DNA of 63,834 nt, the filler included, from Ministeria vibrans ATCC 50519 (lineage: Eukaryota; Protista; Filasterea): assembly GCA_943704425.1 (NCBI GenBank). It is 6 parts of 6 records of this genome, joined end to end, with 100 filler letters (N's around TTAATTAATTAA, not from the genome) between each part and the next. Parts side by side here need not be neighbours in the genome. Positions count along the whole stretch, not along the records: positions 11,518 to 31,954 come from CALSCP010001975.1; positions 32,055 to 46,321 come from CALSCP010000939.1; 4 more parts are not named here. One strand, 5' to 3'. The notes beneath the pieces are model-generated. The model saw nothing but the letters and a program-made list of their open reading frames with translations, was not told the DNA's origin and searched no databases. This document shows, piece by piece, positions 24,561 through 36,500 of the stretch. Position 1 is the first letter of the stretch; each line of letters starts with the position of its first letter. The translations under genes were made by a program, and so were the position numbers.

Positions 24561-26833
24561 TTACGAGGGTAAAAGAGAAACGCGGTCATAGAGCGACTGA
24601 CAAAGTTCGTGAGCCATTTTGATATGAGCAAGAACACGTTTGAGCTGAGGGAGAGCCAACGGGAGCTCAATGATATCAGTAACCTGTAAGAGCCGACCGG
24701 CACTCTCACTACAGCAAGAGACAGGAGAAGGGAGTGAGAGATAGAGAGAAGGAAAAAGAAACAAAGAGAAGAAGAGCGGGGAGAAAGAAGGAGATAGAGA
24801 GAGAGGAGAAAGAAAGTCAGAGAGAGAGACAAAGTCAGAGAGAGAGAAACAAAGTGATTGAGAGAGAAAAAAAAATAACAATTGTCCAATAATGCGTGAC
24901 TATCACATACCAAGTCTGACCCAACAATGCACTGCGCGTGGCCGACGCCATAGTCGGATGCGCCGCAACCGCTTGCATACCACCACCGCCACTTCCCCCA
25001 CCACTGCCACTTCCACCACTGCCACCGCTCTTCTTGCTATGCTTCTCCTTGCTCGTTCCATTCACACCATCACTGCTCCTTCCACTATTCATCCCATCCA
25101 CACGCGAATAATGTGTCTCCGTCATTGCGTACAGCAGTACTTGCAGTTGGCCATAGCTCACGTGTGTGTCAAAAATAACAGTGCGTGGCAGAGCCGGTTG
25201 CCATAACTATAGAAAATCAATACCATCATTAATAATTATTTTATCCACCTCTTAGCTTTTGTGTTTTGTGTTTTGTGCGTATATGTGTGTGTGTGTGTTT
25301 GTCTTTTTGACGTGTGGGTGAGAATGTATATATGTATGTGTGTACGAGTGAGGATTCGTAGACTCTGGACGGAAGAGTCACCGATGAGACAGTCAATTGT
25401 TCTTTGGCTTTGCGAAGAAACAAGATGACACGCTCAGTTACCTAAAAAAACAAGGCACAGAGAGATAATTCAGATAAAAGAAAGAAAGAGACAAACAAAA
25501 AGAGTGATAGGTTGGACTTACGTGTCGCACTTGCTCTCTTGTGTGAAAGAGACCTTGTTGAAGTGAGCTGTTGTTAATGTCAGTCAAGGCCAAATGGAGG
25601 TAATTTCCACAGTCTTGAAACTACAAAATGAATTATTAGCAATACAATATGCCTGCTACTACTACTCTACTCGTGTACCTGTTGAATGACAATGGGAGTG
25701 GCAATGTTGACTTTGCATGAGGGAAAGCGAGACGTCTTGGGATTGAAGCGCAGTGTGAGCTCGCCCGAGACCAAGAGACAGCCGTCGAGTGAGAGCGCAC
25801 CACTGACTGTGTGAGGAGGCGGTGTGTGAATGGGGATCAGTTCGGATGTCAGTGATGCAGACGGGGCCCCTTGGAACTTCTTCCAGCAGTCCTATCACAA
25901 AAAAAAATGAGAATCAATCACGTCAAAAAATATTATGAATCATCTCCATTACTTTGATGATAATTCCTAATTGCATAAACACATCAGGCACTTCTTCGCG
26001 CAGAACCCAATCAAGTTCCACCTGGAGCTGCTTGAGTTCGGCAACAACATCGGGATCCGTTGGCTAAAGCCACAACGATAACTCGTCGGTACGGTGGAGC
26101 GTGCGGGCTTTGCCGTCGACACGGNNNNNNNNNNACATCGGGATCCGTTGGCTAAAGCCACAACGAAAAAAAAAAAAGACGAAGTACATGAAATAAGTGT
26201 GTAAGAAAGCTCAGAAAAACGACTTGTCTTACTATGACTGTGGGAGGTAAAGCGGAACGTCTCCTTGTTGAGGGCGCAGCGGGCGGTGGATCGTTGGCCT
26301 TGGCTGTGGGTGTGGCGGTGTCGGCGCGGGGCAGCTGTGCGGCGACAGGCGGTGGAGAGGCGGAAGACAGAGCGGAGCGCGAGCGAAACATAAAAAGACG
26401 GTTTCCCTTGTCTGCAAGCGAGATGACGTCGCCATCGCGCAGGTGCACGCCCTGGACAACACACACACACACATATGCAGAGCGTCGGATGAGAGGCAAC
26501 GCCGACGGCTCGCCCTACCTTTCCCGGCTGGAGTCGGCGCGAGTTGACAAACGTGCCGTTGGACGACTGGTCCATCAGCAGGGCCGGCCGCGGCGCCGTT
26601 CCTTTCTCAATGTAGCAGTGGAACTCGCTCATCTTCTGGTCGTTGCACGTCCAGTTGCACTGCGGCGATCGTCCAAGCGTGAAACGACGCCCGTGAAGTT
26701 CTGCAAAGGAGTCATCCGTTTGGTAAGACCGAACCCATCTTATACTGCGTCACACTTGAAACCTACCTAGCTTCCGCGATGAACTGATCGGCAACAAGGT
26801 GCCCCACACCGCGTTGTCGTCATCCGCCGACAT
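24561..26833 (-). CDS. FHA domain fused to a ROGDI/Rav2-like (Rogdi leucine zipper) domain, multi-exon
   Basis: FHA motifs FTLGRS, MSEFHC, SSNGTFVN, LRDGDVI. ROGDI-like segments ELDWVLREEVPDVFMQL, VSGALSLDG, IQQ|FQDCGNYL, LRKAKEQLT, WQPALP, HELCQSLYDRVSLL*. Splice phases checked for the FHA and first ROGDI exons are compatible. Confidence 0.8.
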
Positions 26834-26950
26834 CGCAAAAAAAAATAAATATTAATTAATATTATAATCAATTCTATAATATCTGTCCCAAACAAAACTG
26901 AAACTCCCAAAGAGTATCACTTTTCTCCTTTAGTCTTTTCTTTGTCTACA

Positions 26951-28797
26951 ATGCGAGTTGGAATGCTTCTTGTAGCACTCTTGGCGACCGTCCTTGCGGC
27001 GCCCATCAGCCCCCATGAGGTAGCGTGCGCCCCCTTGCGTCCCTCTCTCTCTCTCTCTCTCTCGTTCTCTCCTCGTTCTCGTCCTCTTTCGCGCCTTTTC
27101 CGGCACCCTGCCCACCCCTTGTGCCAGTGGCTGCTGTGCGCCACGCAATAGCATCGTTCTTGCGTGTTCACCGGCGCAAGAAAGACTTTTTTTGGACTGG
27201 AGAGTATTTCAAGAGCCGTGCGACTCACCAGCGACGTCTGCGTCCGCTTTTCTTCCTCTCTAGGCTACCCCCCTTGGCGAGCGTACCCTGCGCAACTCGA
27301 ATGACAATGGTAAGTGTGTCTTTCTTTTTTTTGGTTTCGTTTTTTCTTCATTAAAACTCTCTATAGATTTGTTTGAGGACCCCACTCAGGCTGACATTGG
27401 CGCCCTTGACACTGACAACCTGTCCGATGAGGAGGTATCGTCTCCCCTTTTCTTCTTTTACTTCTTCTTATTGTTCTTTTTTTTGAACTTCCGTCTTTGT
27501 CTGTATCACTTTCACACTTTCCCTCTCTCAAACTCAAACTCTCTCTTCTCGACAGTACATGTCGATGATGGCCGCCAGCAAGTCGGACGACGCCAGCACC
27601 GAAGTTGACCTTGCTGCGTTTGCCGAGGAGCACGACCTCACGGCGGATCAGATGACGCGCATTGTTGCGCTGGCGGAGGCGAAGGGCTTTTCGGCATCGG
27701 ACGTGCACGATCTGCTTGCCGCAGCCAAGGAGCAGGGTCTCACGGCCGAGGATATCATTGCCATGGCCGATGATGACGATGACAACGACAAGGTCGTTGT
27801 TAATGAGAGTAACAATGTTGCTGACAGCAACAACGACGATGAGGTCATTGTCGATGAGAGTAACAATGTTGCCAACACCAACAACAACAACCAGGTTATT
27901 GTCGATGATGTTGCCGACAGCACCGACCTTGCCGCCTTTGCCGACAGCACCTACCTTGCCGCCTTTGCCGAGGAGCACGACCTTACCGCCGACCAGATGG
28001 CCACTATTGCGGCCATTGCCGAGTCAAAGGGCCTCAGCGCTGCCCAAGTGCATACGCTTCTTGTTGCGGCCAAGGACCAGGGACTCTCCGTCGACAGTTT
28101 CATTGCTGCCGCAGACGAAGACAACAACGGCGACGAGAAGAACAACGAACCCACTGTCGACGAGGACGACCACGATGAGATCATTGTCGATGAGAGTAAC
28201 AATGTTGCCGACAGCAACAACAACGACGACGAGGTCATTGTCGATGGTGTTGCCGACAGCAACAACAACAACGATGAGGTCATCGATGAAAGTAACAATG
28301 TTGCCGACAGCAACAACAACGACGACGAGGTCATTGTCGATGGTGTTGCCGACAGCAACAACAACAACGATGAGGTCATTGTTGATGAAAGTAACAATGT
28401 TGCCGACATCAACAACAACAGCGATGAGGTCATTGTAGATGATGTTGCCGACAGCAACAACAACAACGACGAGGTCATTGTCGATGAAAGTAACAACGTT
28501 GCCGACAGCAACAACGACGACGACGAGCTCATTGTCGACAGCAACAACAACGACGACAAGGTCGTTGTCGATGAGGGTAGCAATGTTGCCGATACTCTTG
28601 TCGAGGACTCGGACTACGTGACCAACGACGCGTCTGTCAACAACGTGGCCGACTCAGATGAGTTTATTAACGACGAAGTTGACATGGTTGTCGGTGAGCT
28701 TGACGACGCGCAAGTCGAGGAGGTGGTCAACATGGAGGAGGAGAACGACTCGACTGCCAATGCGGGTGCGGATGAGTGGGACATGCGTAAGAAGTAG
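26951..28797 (+). CDS. Secreted, highly acidic Asp/Asn/Val-rich repeat protein (4 exons)
   Basis: Signal peptide MRVGMLLVALLATVLA; three GT-AG introns; duplicated helical module DLAAFAEEHDLTADQM; about 10 VIVDESNNVADSNNNDDE-type repeats. Confidence 0.8.
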
Positions 28798-28832
28798 GAG
28801 TAAAGTGAGAATTCCTTTTTTATTTATTGGGA

Positions 28833-31129
28833 TCAGAGATCGTTTTGGTCGTGGCCTGAGAAGACGGGAAGATTGTCTTCGGTGCCGTAGAAGGCATCAA
28901 GGAAGGAAACAACCTTGTCTTCGTCATAGACCCCGTCCACTTGGCAGTCGGGGCACTGCTCACTCGTTGGAAATTGCGACTGAGACACACAGAGAGGTAG
29001 CGGGAGACAAAAAAAAGATGATCATTATCAAGGTGGCACACATTGAAAGGGGTACCTTTGGGAAGGCAGGGTCGAAAGAGAAGGAGCCAGCTTCGTCCTT
29101 GGCAAGACGCTTGTTAACTTCATTGTGGATGCGCCAGAACCAGAGCATGACGTCACGTCGCGAGTGGATCTTGTCCTCTTCGCCCACACTGTGCTTGAGG
29201 AAGTGCTCGCGACACTCGTCGCAGTGGAAGTGGATGTCGATAAAGGAGCGCACAACGACAAGCAGACGCGCCGCATCCACGTCATTGACACGCGTCGTCA
29301 GCGAATGGATGAGCCACCACAATCCGCACGAGTAGCCTCGCGTGTACGGGTAAGAGCCCTTTAAGCGCAACACAGTGAGTACACACACACACACACAGAC
29401 TGGCACTTCCTGTTTCTCTCTATCGCCTTCTTTCTTTCTCCTCCTTCTCTCTCTTTCTATATCACTGTTGCTTCTTTCCCCCTTCGTTCCCTCTCTCTGT
29501 CCGTTCTTTCTTCACCTCGTCTTTCTTTCTCTCTCTATCACTTTGCTACTTTCTCCCTCCTCACTGACCTGACAACCGTGCCAGCCCTGACTGAAATCCT
29601 CCCACTGATGACCCGCCAGCGTCCACAGTTCGCGGTGCTTCTCTGGCCCGTAGTAGGTCACGTTAATGCCCTTGGCTGCATCGTACTGCGGCCAGAACTT
29701 CTTGGTCTTGGTGGCGAGCGCAGCAAAGGACGCACGACCCTTGGCAGACGGGTAGTAGTGCGCAAGGAAGGTAATCCAGTGCGTGTAAAAGTCACGCTTG
29801 GCCGGCGTCAGCGGCTTGCCGTAGCGCGGCTGTCCGCTGAACATAAAGTTGAACATGAGCGCCACAGCCGTGTCCACATCCCACACGTCCAACTTGGTCG
29901 CACTCGCACGCGCCTAACACAAAGACAGTGTGTGTGTGTGTGCGTGTACGTGAGTGTGTGTGTGTGTATACGTGTATGTGTGAGTATGTGATACCAACCA
30001 TAAGAGTGCTATACACCCATTCTTACCCCATCAACCTTGGATGCAACCGCCGGATGCGCTGCGAGGCGCTTGGCAAACTCGGTGCGCTCCGTCAGCTGCA
30101 AATTATAGCCCGTCTTCTTGTTCATCTCCTCGACAATCTTCTCTGAGCGCCATGGGTACACAAAAAGTCGTTCCGGTGCACTTGCACCGTCTTCAAACAG
30201 AAACTGTGCCTTTTCACCAAAGTACACGCGTGGGAATCCATTCACACCTATCCCCAAGAACACACATCTCAACGTCGTTGGGATTCTCCTTCTTCCTCTC
30301 CCTCTCCCTTCCCTTCCCTTACCCAGTCGCTTGCACACAATCCAGTCGTCTCGCTCACAATCAAGCTTGCCAATCAGCACTTTCGACCCTTCGCGGTTCA
30401 GCGCCTCAGCGAGTCGCTCCACTTCGGGTGTCAGCACTTTGCATTTCGGGCACTACACACAATCATAACAATGAGTATACACAAAAAAAAAATCAATTGT
30501 TTCAAAAGCGTCCGTTTCAAAACATAAAACAACGTGTGTACATAGGAGTGGAAGCATAAAAATACCTCAACATGCTCAAAAAAAATGAGAGACGATACGA
30601 AAAGAAGAAAAAAAAAAGAAGAAAAAAAAATTGTCATCACATCACATACTCACACAGACAACCCAACTACGCCCAAGAATGAAGAGGGGGGCGTCGAGTG
30701 GATTGAAACCGACAGCGGGGCGTAACGGTGCGTGAAAGATCGCGAAGAAAATCCACGTCACCAGAGTCTGATGCATTCCGTAAAACAGCCCCAATCTTAC
30801 CCATTCGGCGTAGCACTCGACCAGAACATGGGTGCCCGTGAAGTCTTGGATGGTCTTGTTGAAGTTGCTCTCGTTGAAATCCTATAGTGCGCCAACAGAA
30901 TAATTATCATATTTTGAAACCATCTTGGAAACCATCTTTGTGTTAACCTCAGCGAAAATATGAGGGAAGCCGGTGGGAGAAGGGCCAAAGCCGGTAGCTT
31001 TCATCACCTACGCAAGGAGAGCCAAGAGGACGACGTGTGGGTGAATCAGCGAGAACGTTTGACGTGTACCATTTTTGCGTCGCAAAGAGCGACTGCGACC
31101 GCGACAAGCGCAAGCACAATTATCCGCAT
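28833..31129 (-). CDS. QSOX: Quiescin sulfhydryl oxidase (single Trx + helix-rich region + Erv/ALR), multi-exon
   Basis: Signal peptide; Trx YAEW|CPKC; RGYSCGLWWLIHSL; Erv CDEC; WFWRIHNEVNKRL; DPAFPK|SQFP..CPDC. Confidence 0.9.
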
Positions 31130-31330
31130 AGGAATAGTGACTAAGAAGCGCAGGGTAAAGTAGAGAGAGGGAAGAAATATTATGAAAAATAATTATCAAT
31201 ATTATTAATGATCGTTTTTCAGTCATTTTTTCTGCTATCTGAAATCACAAATTATTTACGATTTACATTTCTTTTTGTGTTTCTGTTGGGACTATTGAAT
31301 AGTATTTGAGTGTACCGCGAGGCACCAGCT

Positions 31331-31912
31331 ATGAGTGAATATACAATTCTTGAAAACGCTTTGGGTATATATATATACATATATATATATATTATAATAT
31401 AACAAGTTCGTCTTCTCACTCATACACGTAGAACGCGTGGTTGCCGCGACGTCTCAACTGTCGGAAAGGCATGGCCAAGTGCTGCTGCACAATGCTCGCG
31501 TTGCGTCTCTCGCAGATACGGTGCAGGGAACGATGGAAGGGATGGTCGATGCGACGCAGACCAACCCCACGCAACGCAGCTTGCACCAGGCGGCCGCCGA
31601 GTCCTCGTGGTCTACCGACGTCAGACAGTACGGGGTGCGTCCTCAGGACCAGACGCTCTAGTCGAGTGACTCTCTTTCTCTCTCTCTCTCTCTATCACTT
31701 TGTCTCTCTCTCCCTCTCTCTGTACTGTATCATTGTATTTCAATCTCATTCATTGTTCACTGCACAGATTGCTCAAAGAACATGCTACCCTAACACCCAG
31801 CAAGCTTGACAAACCTACTCGTCAACGTTCAAAGAAAGGAAGGATTACTGGATTAGTTGACTGGATCGCAATGTTTACTTTGAGAATGAATCAATCAAAA
31901 TTAAAAAAATGA
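31331..31912 (+). CDS. Small hypothetical helical protein (weak Dam1/DASH-like pattern), 2-3 exons
   Basis: MSEYTILENAL|ERVVAATSQLSERHGQVLLHNARVASLADTVQGTMEGM with a canonical intron; third exon tentative. Confidence 0.4.
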
Positions 31913-31954
31913 CGACGACGACGACGACGACGATGACGACTTGGACGCCGCCTG

Positions 31955-32054
31955 NNNNNNNNNNNNNNNNNNNNNNNNNNNNNNNNNNNNNNNNNNNNTT
32001 AATTAATTAANNNNNNNNNNNNNNNNNNNNNNNNNNNNNNNNNNNNNNNNNNNN
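31955..32054. other. Artificial contig spacer
   Basis: 44 N + TTAATTAATTAA + 44 N. Confidence 0.97.
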
Positions 32055-32184
<130 letters not shown>

Positions 32185-32225
32185 TTCCCTTCTCATTTCA
32201 TTCTCTCTCTTCTTTCTCTCTCTAG

Positions 32226-33365
32226 CTGGCAGCCGTTCACTTAATTGATTCTCACTACTGTACGGAACCCACGAAATTCATTTCAGCCGTAGGAATTAAA
32301 AACCAAAAAGAGAATCACAATAACACCTTGAGTAGGTTTTGACGTCACTCTCCGCAATGATTCGTCTTGAACTCCCGCACGTAAACGTTCTCTCGAAAAC
32401 GGACCTTCTTCCTCAAATCTCAAAAGATCTCCGTACGAACCACGAATGACTCAACGTGACTCAATGACACAATCATGATTATTTGTAGAGTCTGGTCTCT
32501 CAACGTATTTGGATGTGGATCAACCCGAACGTCTTTTGATTGGGCTCTCTGACAGTCAATCTCAATTTGGTCTCTTTGCCGGAAAATACGAGAAGCTCAA
32601 TCGAGTGCTCTGCTCTCTCATTTCCGATTACTCGTACGGAAATCTTTCGAAAATGACTTTTGGCTCTTCATTGGCTTATTGATCAATGTAGGTTAGTGCA
32701 GTTCCAGCCGCTGAGCATTGGAGAACCAGTGAGTGTGGAGAAACTGGCGCGGCTGATTGACAAGGCAAATGGGTACATTTACGGAGGACTGGAGACAGGT
32801 AAGGAACGCGCAATGGGTATCACTCTCTTACTCAATTCTGTTTGGGCTCTGTTCACTCACTCGAACTCAAATTTTCTCTATCACTATCACTTCTGTTTCT
32901 TTCTCCCTTCGTTCTCCCTTCTTTCTCTTTCTTTTTGAGAGAGAGGGCGGGAGAAGCAAAGTGATAGAGAGAGAGAGAGAGAGAGACTGATGGGATTCTG
33001 TTCACATACTCTTATATGATGATACTATTCAGTCTTTTACTCATTCTCAGTCGCTCACTCCTCTGCCTGTTATCCACCTCTCTCTATCTCCCCATGCATT
33101 AGGTAACGAGAGCATCATGGCTGCAGCAACCGGCGCCACATTCAACTACACTCGCGGGCTGGACCTCCAAGACGAATGGGATGTTGCAAGCGACGACGAC
33201 AGTAGCACTAGTGACGACCTGCGCACCACGTCTACAACTACTAATACTACTGATAATCCCTATGACTTTGACTGGTCTCCCTCTCAGTCTGATAAGGTTC
33301 CCTCTTCCGTTCTCCCCTCACAACAGACTCACGCCACAATTTTCCTCAATGACGATGAATCATAA
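32226..33365 (+). CDS. GPN2: GPN-loop GTPase 2, C-terminal exons; 5' part missing
   Basis: AVHLIDSHYCTEPTKFISA|VLTSLSAMIRLELPHVNVLSKTDLL; DYS|LVQFQPL; IDKANGY. Confidence 0.85.
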
Positions 33366-33500
33366 AACTAATAATATTATTATACTGTAAAATATAAGAA
33401 AAAATTCGTTTTTAAATTTTCATTTTTGGCTTTTCAGCGAAATAAATAATAATAATAAATCGGCTCACTCACGCACACTATCACTCACTCAGTCATTCGT

Positions 33501-36500
33501 TCAGTCGTCCTCATCATCATCGCCTGCATCGCCCACTGGCATCGACTGCATTGTGCGCAGTCGCGTGCGCAGTGCGTCGCACTCACGCTGCAAATCATCC
33601 GCTCGCTCAATCTCTTCCTCCAATTCGCTCTTCAACAGTTTCATCTAAACCAAACATTCAAACCAATCAGTCTCCACACACACACACACACTATTAAATA
33701 AAATTATAAACTAACCTTCTTGTCGTGGGCAGTCTGGAGCGACAGCTCGTGCTCAGTCGAGTCTGCGCGCACCTGCTTGTTGGTCGAACGTGCAACCGAC
33801 AGCTGCTCCTGCAGACGATCGTTGGCACGTCGCTCGTCCTCCATCTGTGCCATGAGCTCCTTCAGCTTCTTCTCTGCCTTCTTGCTCGCTTTGCTCGCGT
33901 CCGCCGCCTGCTTCGTCGTCGCATCCAAATCACCCTGCAGTCCGCGAACCTTGGTCTCCAGTGCAGCCACCGCGCGCTTTCCTCCCGCCCGTCCCTGTCC
34001 GTCCATCTCCTCCAGGCGCGACTTCAGGTCCGCCACCTCCTTCTCAAGCGTCTTCTTTTGCTTCTCCACACGCGCGTGATCCATGCGCTCCGTGTCCATG
34101 TCCGACTCAAGGCGAGCCATTGCTTCCGCAGAGCGAGCCGCACGCTCGCGCGCCGTCTCCGTTTCCGTCTGCTCGTCCTCCAATTCGTCCTGCAGGTTCG
34201 CAATCTCCGTCTCAAGACGTCGCTTCGTGTCGGCAAGTGTGTCCGCCGCCTTCACCTTGTCCTCGAGCTGATCCTCAACATCCTGCAATGCAATCTCGGC
34301 CGCCTTGCGTGCCTTCTCCGAACTGTCTAGGTCCGCCTGCGCTCGCTGAAGATCCGACTGAAGCTCCGCAACCAGCTTGTCATGCTTAGCCTGGAGCTCA
34401 CGCGTCACCTCGCGTGTGCGACTCGTGTCGTCTGCCGCCGCGAGCGCCTCCTTCAGCTGCGTCTGATACTTCTTCGCCTGCTTCTGCGCCTCCGTTGTCT
34501 GTCTCAGCATCACGTCCGTGTTCGCCTCCAGCTCGGCAATCTGCGCCTCAAGACGCTTCTTGGCCTTGGCAGCCTCGGAACGGCCGCGCTGCTCGTGCTC
34601 GAGTGACTCCTGCGCCGCATCCAACTGACGCTGCAGACTCTTGCGTGTGTCCTCAAACTTCTCATCCTTCTCCTGCAGACGACGCTCCAGATCTGACTTG
34701 GTGTGAGTCAGATCCACCTGCAGACGCACATTGGTACTCTCCGCCACCTGCAGCTCATCCTCAAGCTCCTCGAGACGCGCCTTCAGCTCTTCGTGCTCCA
34801 GCTCCAGATTGCGCTTTGCCTTGTCCGTCTCGTGCTTGCTCTTGCCTCCCGCACCCAACTGCTCTGTCAGATCCTCAATCTCGTTCTCCAAATGGCGCTA
34901 CCAAGAATATAATTATCATGGCATTGTGAGTTGAATAAAAACACAACGAGAAAGAAAATAATGTGATTACCTTATCCTTCTTGAGCTGATCCAACTGCTC
35001 CTGCGTGTCGGAATGATCACTCTTGGTCGCGTAGAGCTGGGCGGCCGAGGCACGCGCCTGAGCAAGAGCATCGTCGCGCTCCTTCTCAAGCTCCTCCACT
35101 TTGCGCTTCTGCTCCGCCAACGATGCATCAAACTTCTTCTGCTTCTTCTCCAGTTGCGTCGACTGCAACTGGAGCTGCTCCGTCAACAGCGTCGCATCTT
35201 CGACCTCGCCAGCAAGACGCTTGCGCGTGCGCTCGCTCGTCGCCAGCTTCTTGCGTGTCTCCTCCAACGTGCTGTTAAGGTCCGCCATCTCGCCCTGCAT
35301 CTTCTTGCGCTGCGTCTCAATCTCCTCCACCTTGGCCACAACGTCCACTTCATACTTGTTTTTCCACGACGTAAGCTCTTGTTGTGCCGACGACAACTGT
35401 GCTTGCAGCGCCGAGCGCGCCTCTTCCTCCTCCTCCACTTGATCTTGCACACCGGCAAGTTGCGTCTCAAGACGCTTCACCTTGCCCAACGTCTCCAAAC
35501 GGCTCTTGCTGTCATCCTCAAAGGCGCGCTTCATCTCTTCCACGTCGTCCTCGAGCGCCGCACGCGCCTTAGATGAAGCGCCCAGCTTGCTCTCGGCGTC
35601 GAGCAGCTGCGCCGACAAGTCGGCTACTTCGGCGCGCAGCTTGCTGAGTGCCGCCTCCTTGCTAGCCGTGTCGTCACCGAGTGCGTCCGCACGCATCTTG
35701 GTGTCGTCCAACTGCTGCTGCAGCGCCTTAGCCTGCTTCTCAAACTTGGCCTTGGCTTTGGACGCGTCGTCGAGTTGGCCGGCCAGGTCGACCGTCTCGC
35801 CCTCGAGGTCGCTCTTGATCTTCTCGAGTTGCGACTTGGCCTGCGACAAACTTGCAATCTTGTCGGCTGCCTCGTCAGCGGCCGCCGCCATCTTCTTACG
35901 CAGACCCGCCTTTTCCGTCTCGTTGCGAGTGCTCAGGTCGTCGAATTCGCTCTTGAGACGCGCAATTTCGTCTTCGCGCTTCTTTGTGAGCTCTTGCGTT
36001 GCCTTCTTGGCGCCGCCCTCCTCCTCAAGCTGGTTCGAGATGTCGTTCAGCTCGTTGCTCAGGTCGCTCGCGTTCTTCTCGGCCTTCTTGCGGGCCGCGC
36101 GCTCCGTCTCGAGGTCATCTTCAAGCTCGTCGATGCGCGCCTTGAGACGTGTAATCTCCTTTTGCAGCGCCAAAATCTGGTCGGTGGAATCTTCGCCGGA
36201 GAGCGACAACTGTGCCACTTCGGCGTCCTTGCGCTTCACGGCGTCCTCCAAGTCCTGCTTGGCGTGCACCAAGTCATCAATTTCGTCGAGCGCATCCTTG
36301 AGACTCGTCTCGGCGGTACGTCGCTTCTGATCGATTGCCGAGCGTTCCTTCTTCTCTTCCTCCAGCGACTTCTCCGTGTCGTTGAGCGACGACTCAAGCT
36401 TGGCCGCCTTCTTGGTCAGCGAGTTCACCGAGTCCTCCTCTTTTTGCAAACGCTCCGTCGTCTCCGCCAGACGCTCGTCAACGTGACGCTTCTCCTTGGT

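Noticed and set aside
26048-26167. ~33-nt direct repeat flanking a 10-N gap as a mobile-element footprint
   Set aside because: Typical overlap of scaffolded contig ends.
28170-28590. Regular repeats as a CRISPR-like array
   Set aside because: In-frame coding repeats without unique spacers, in a eukaryotic gene.
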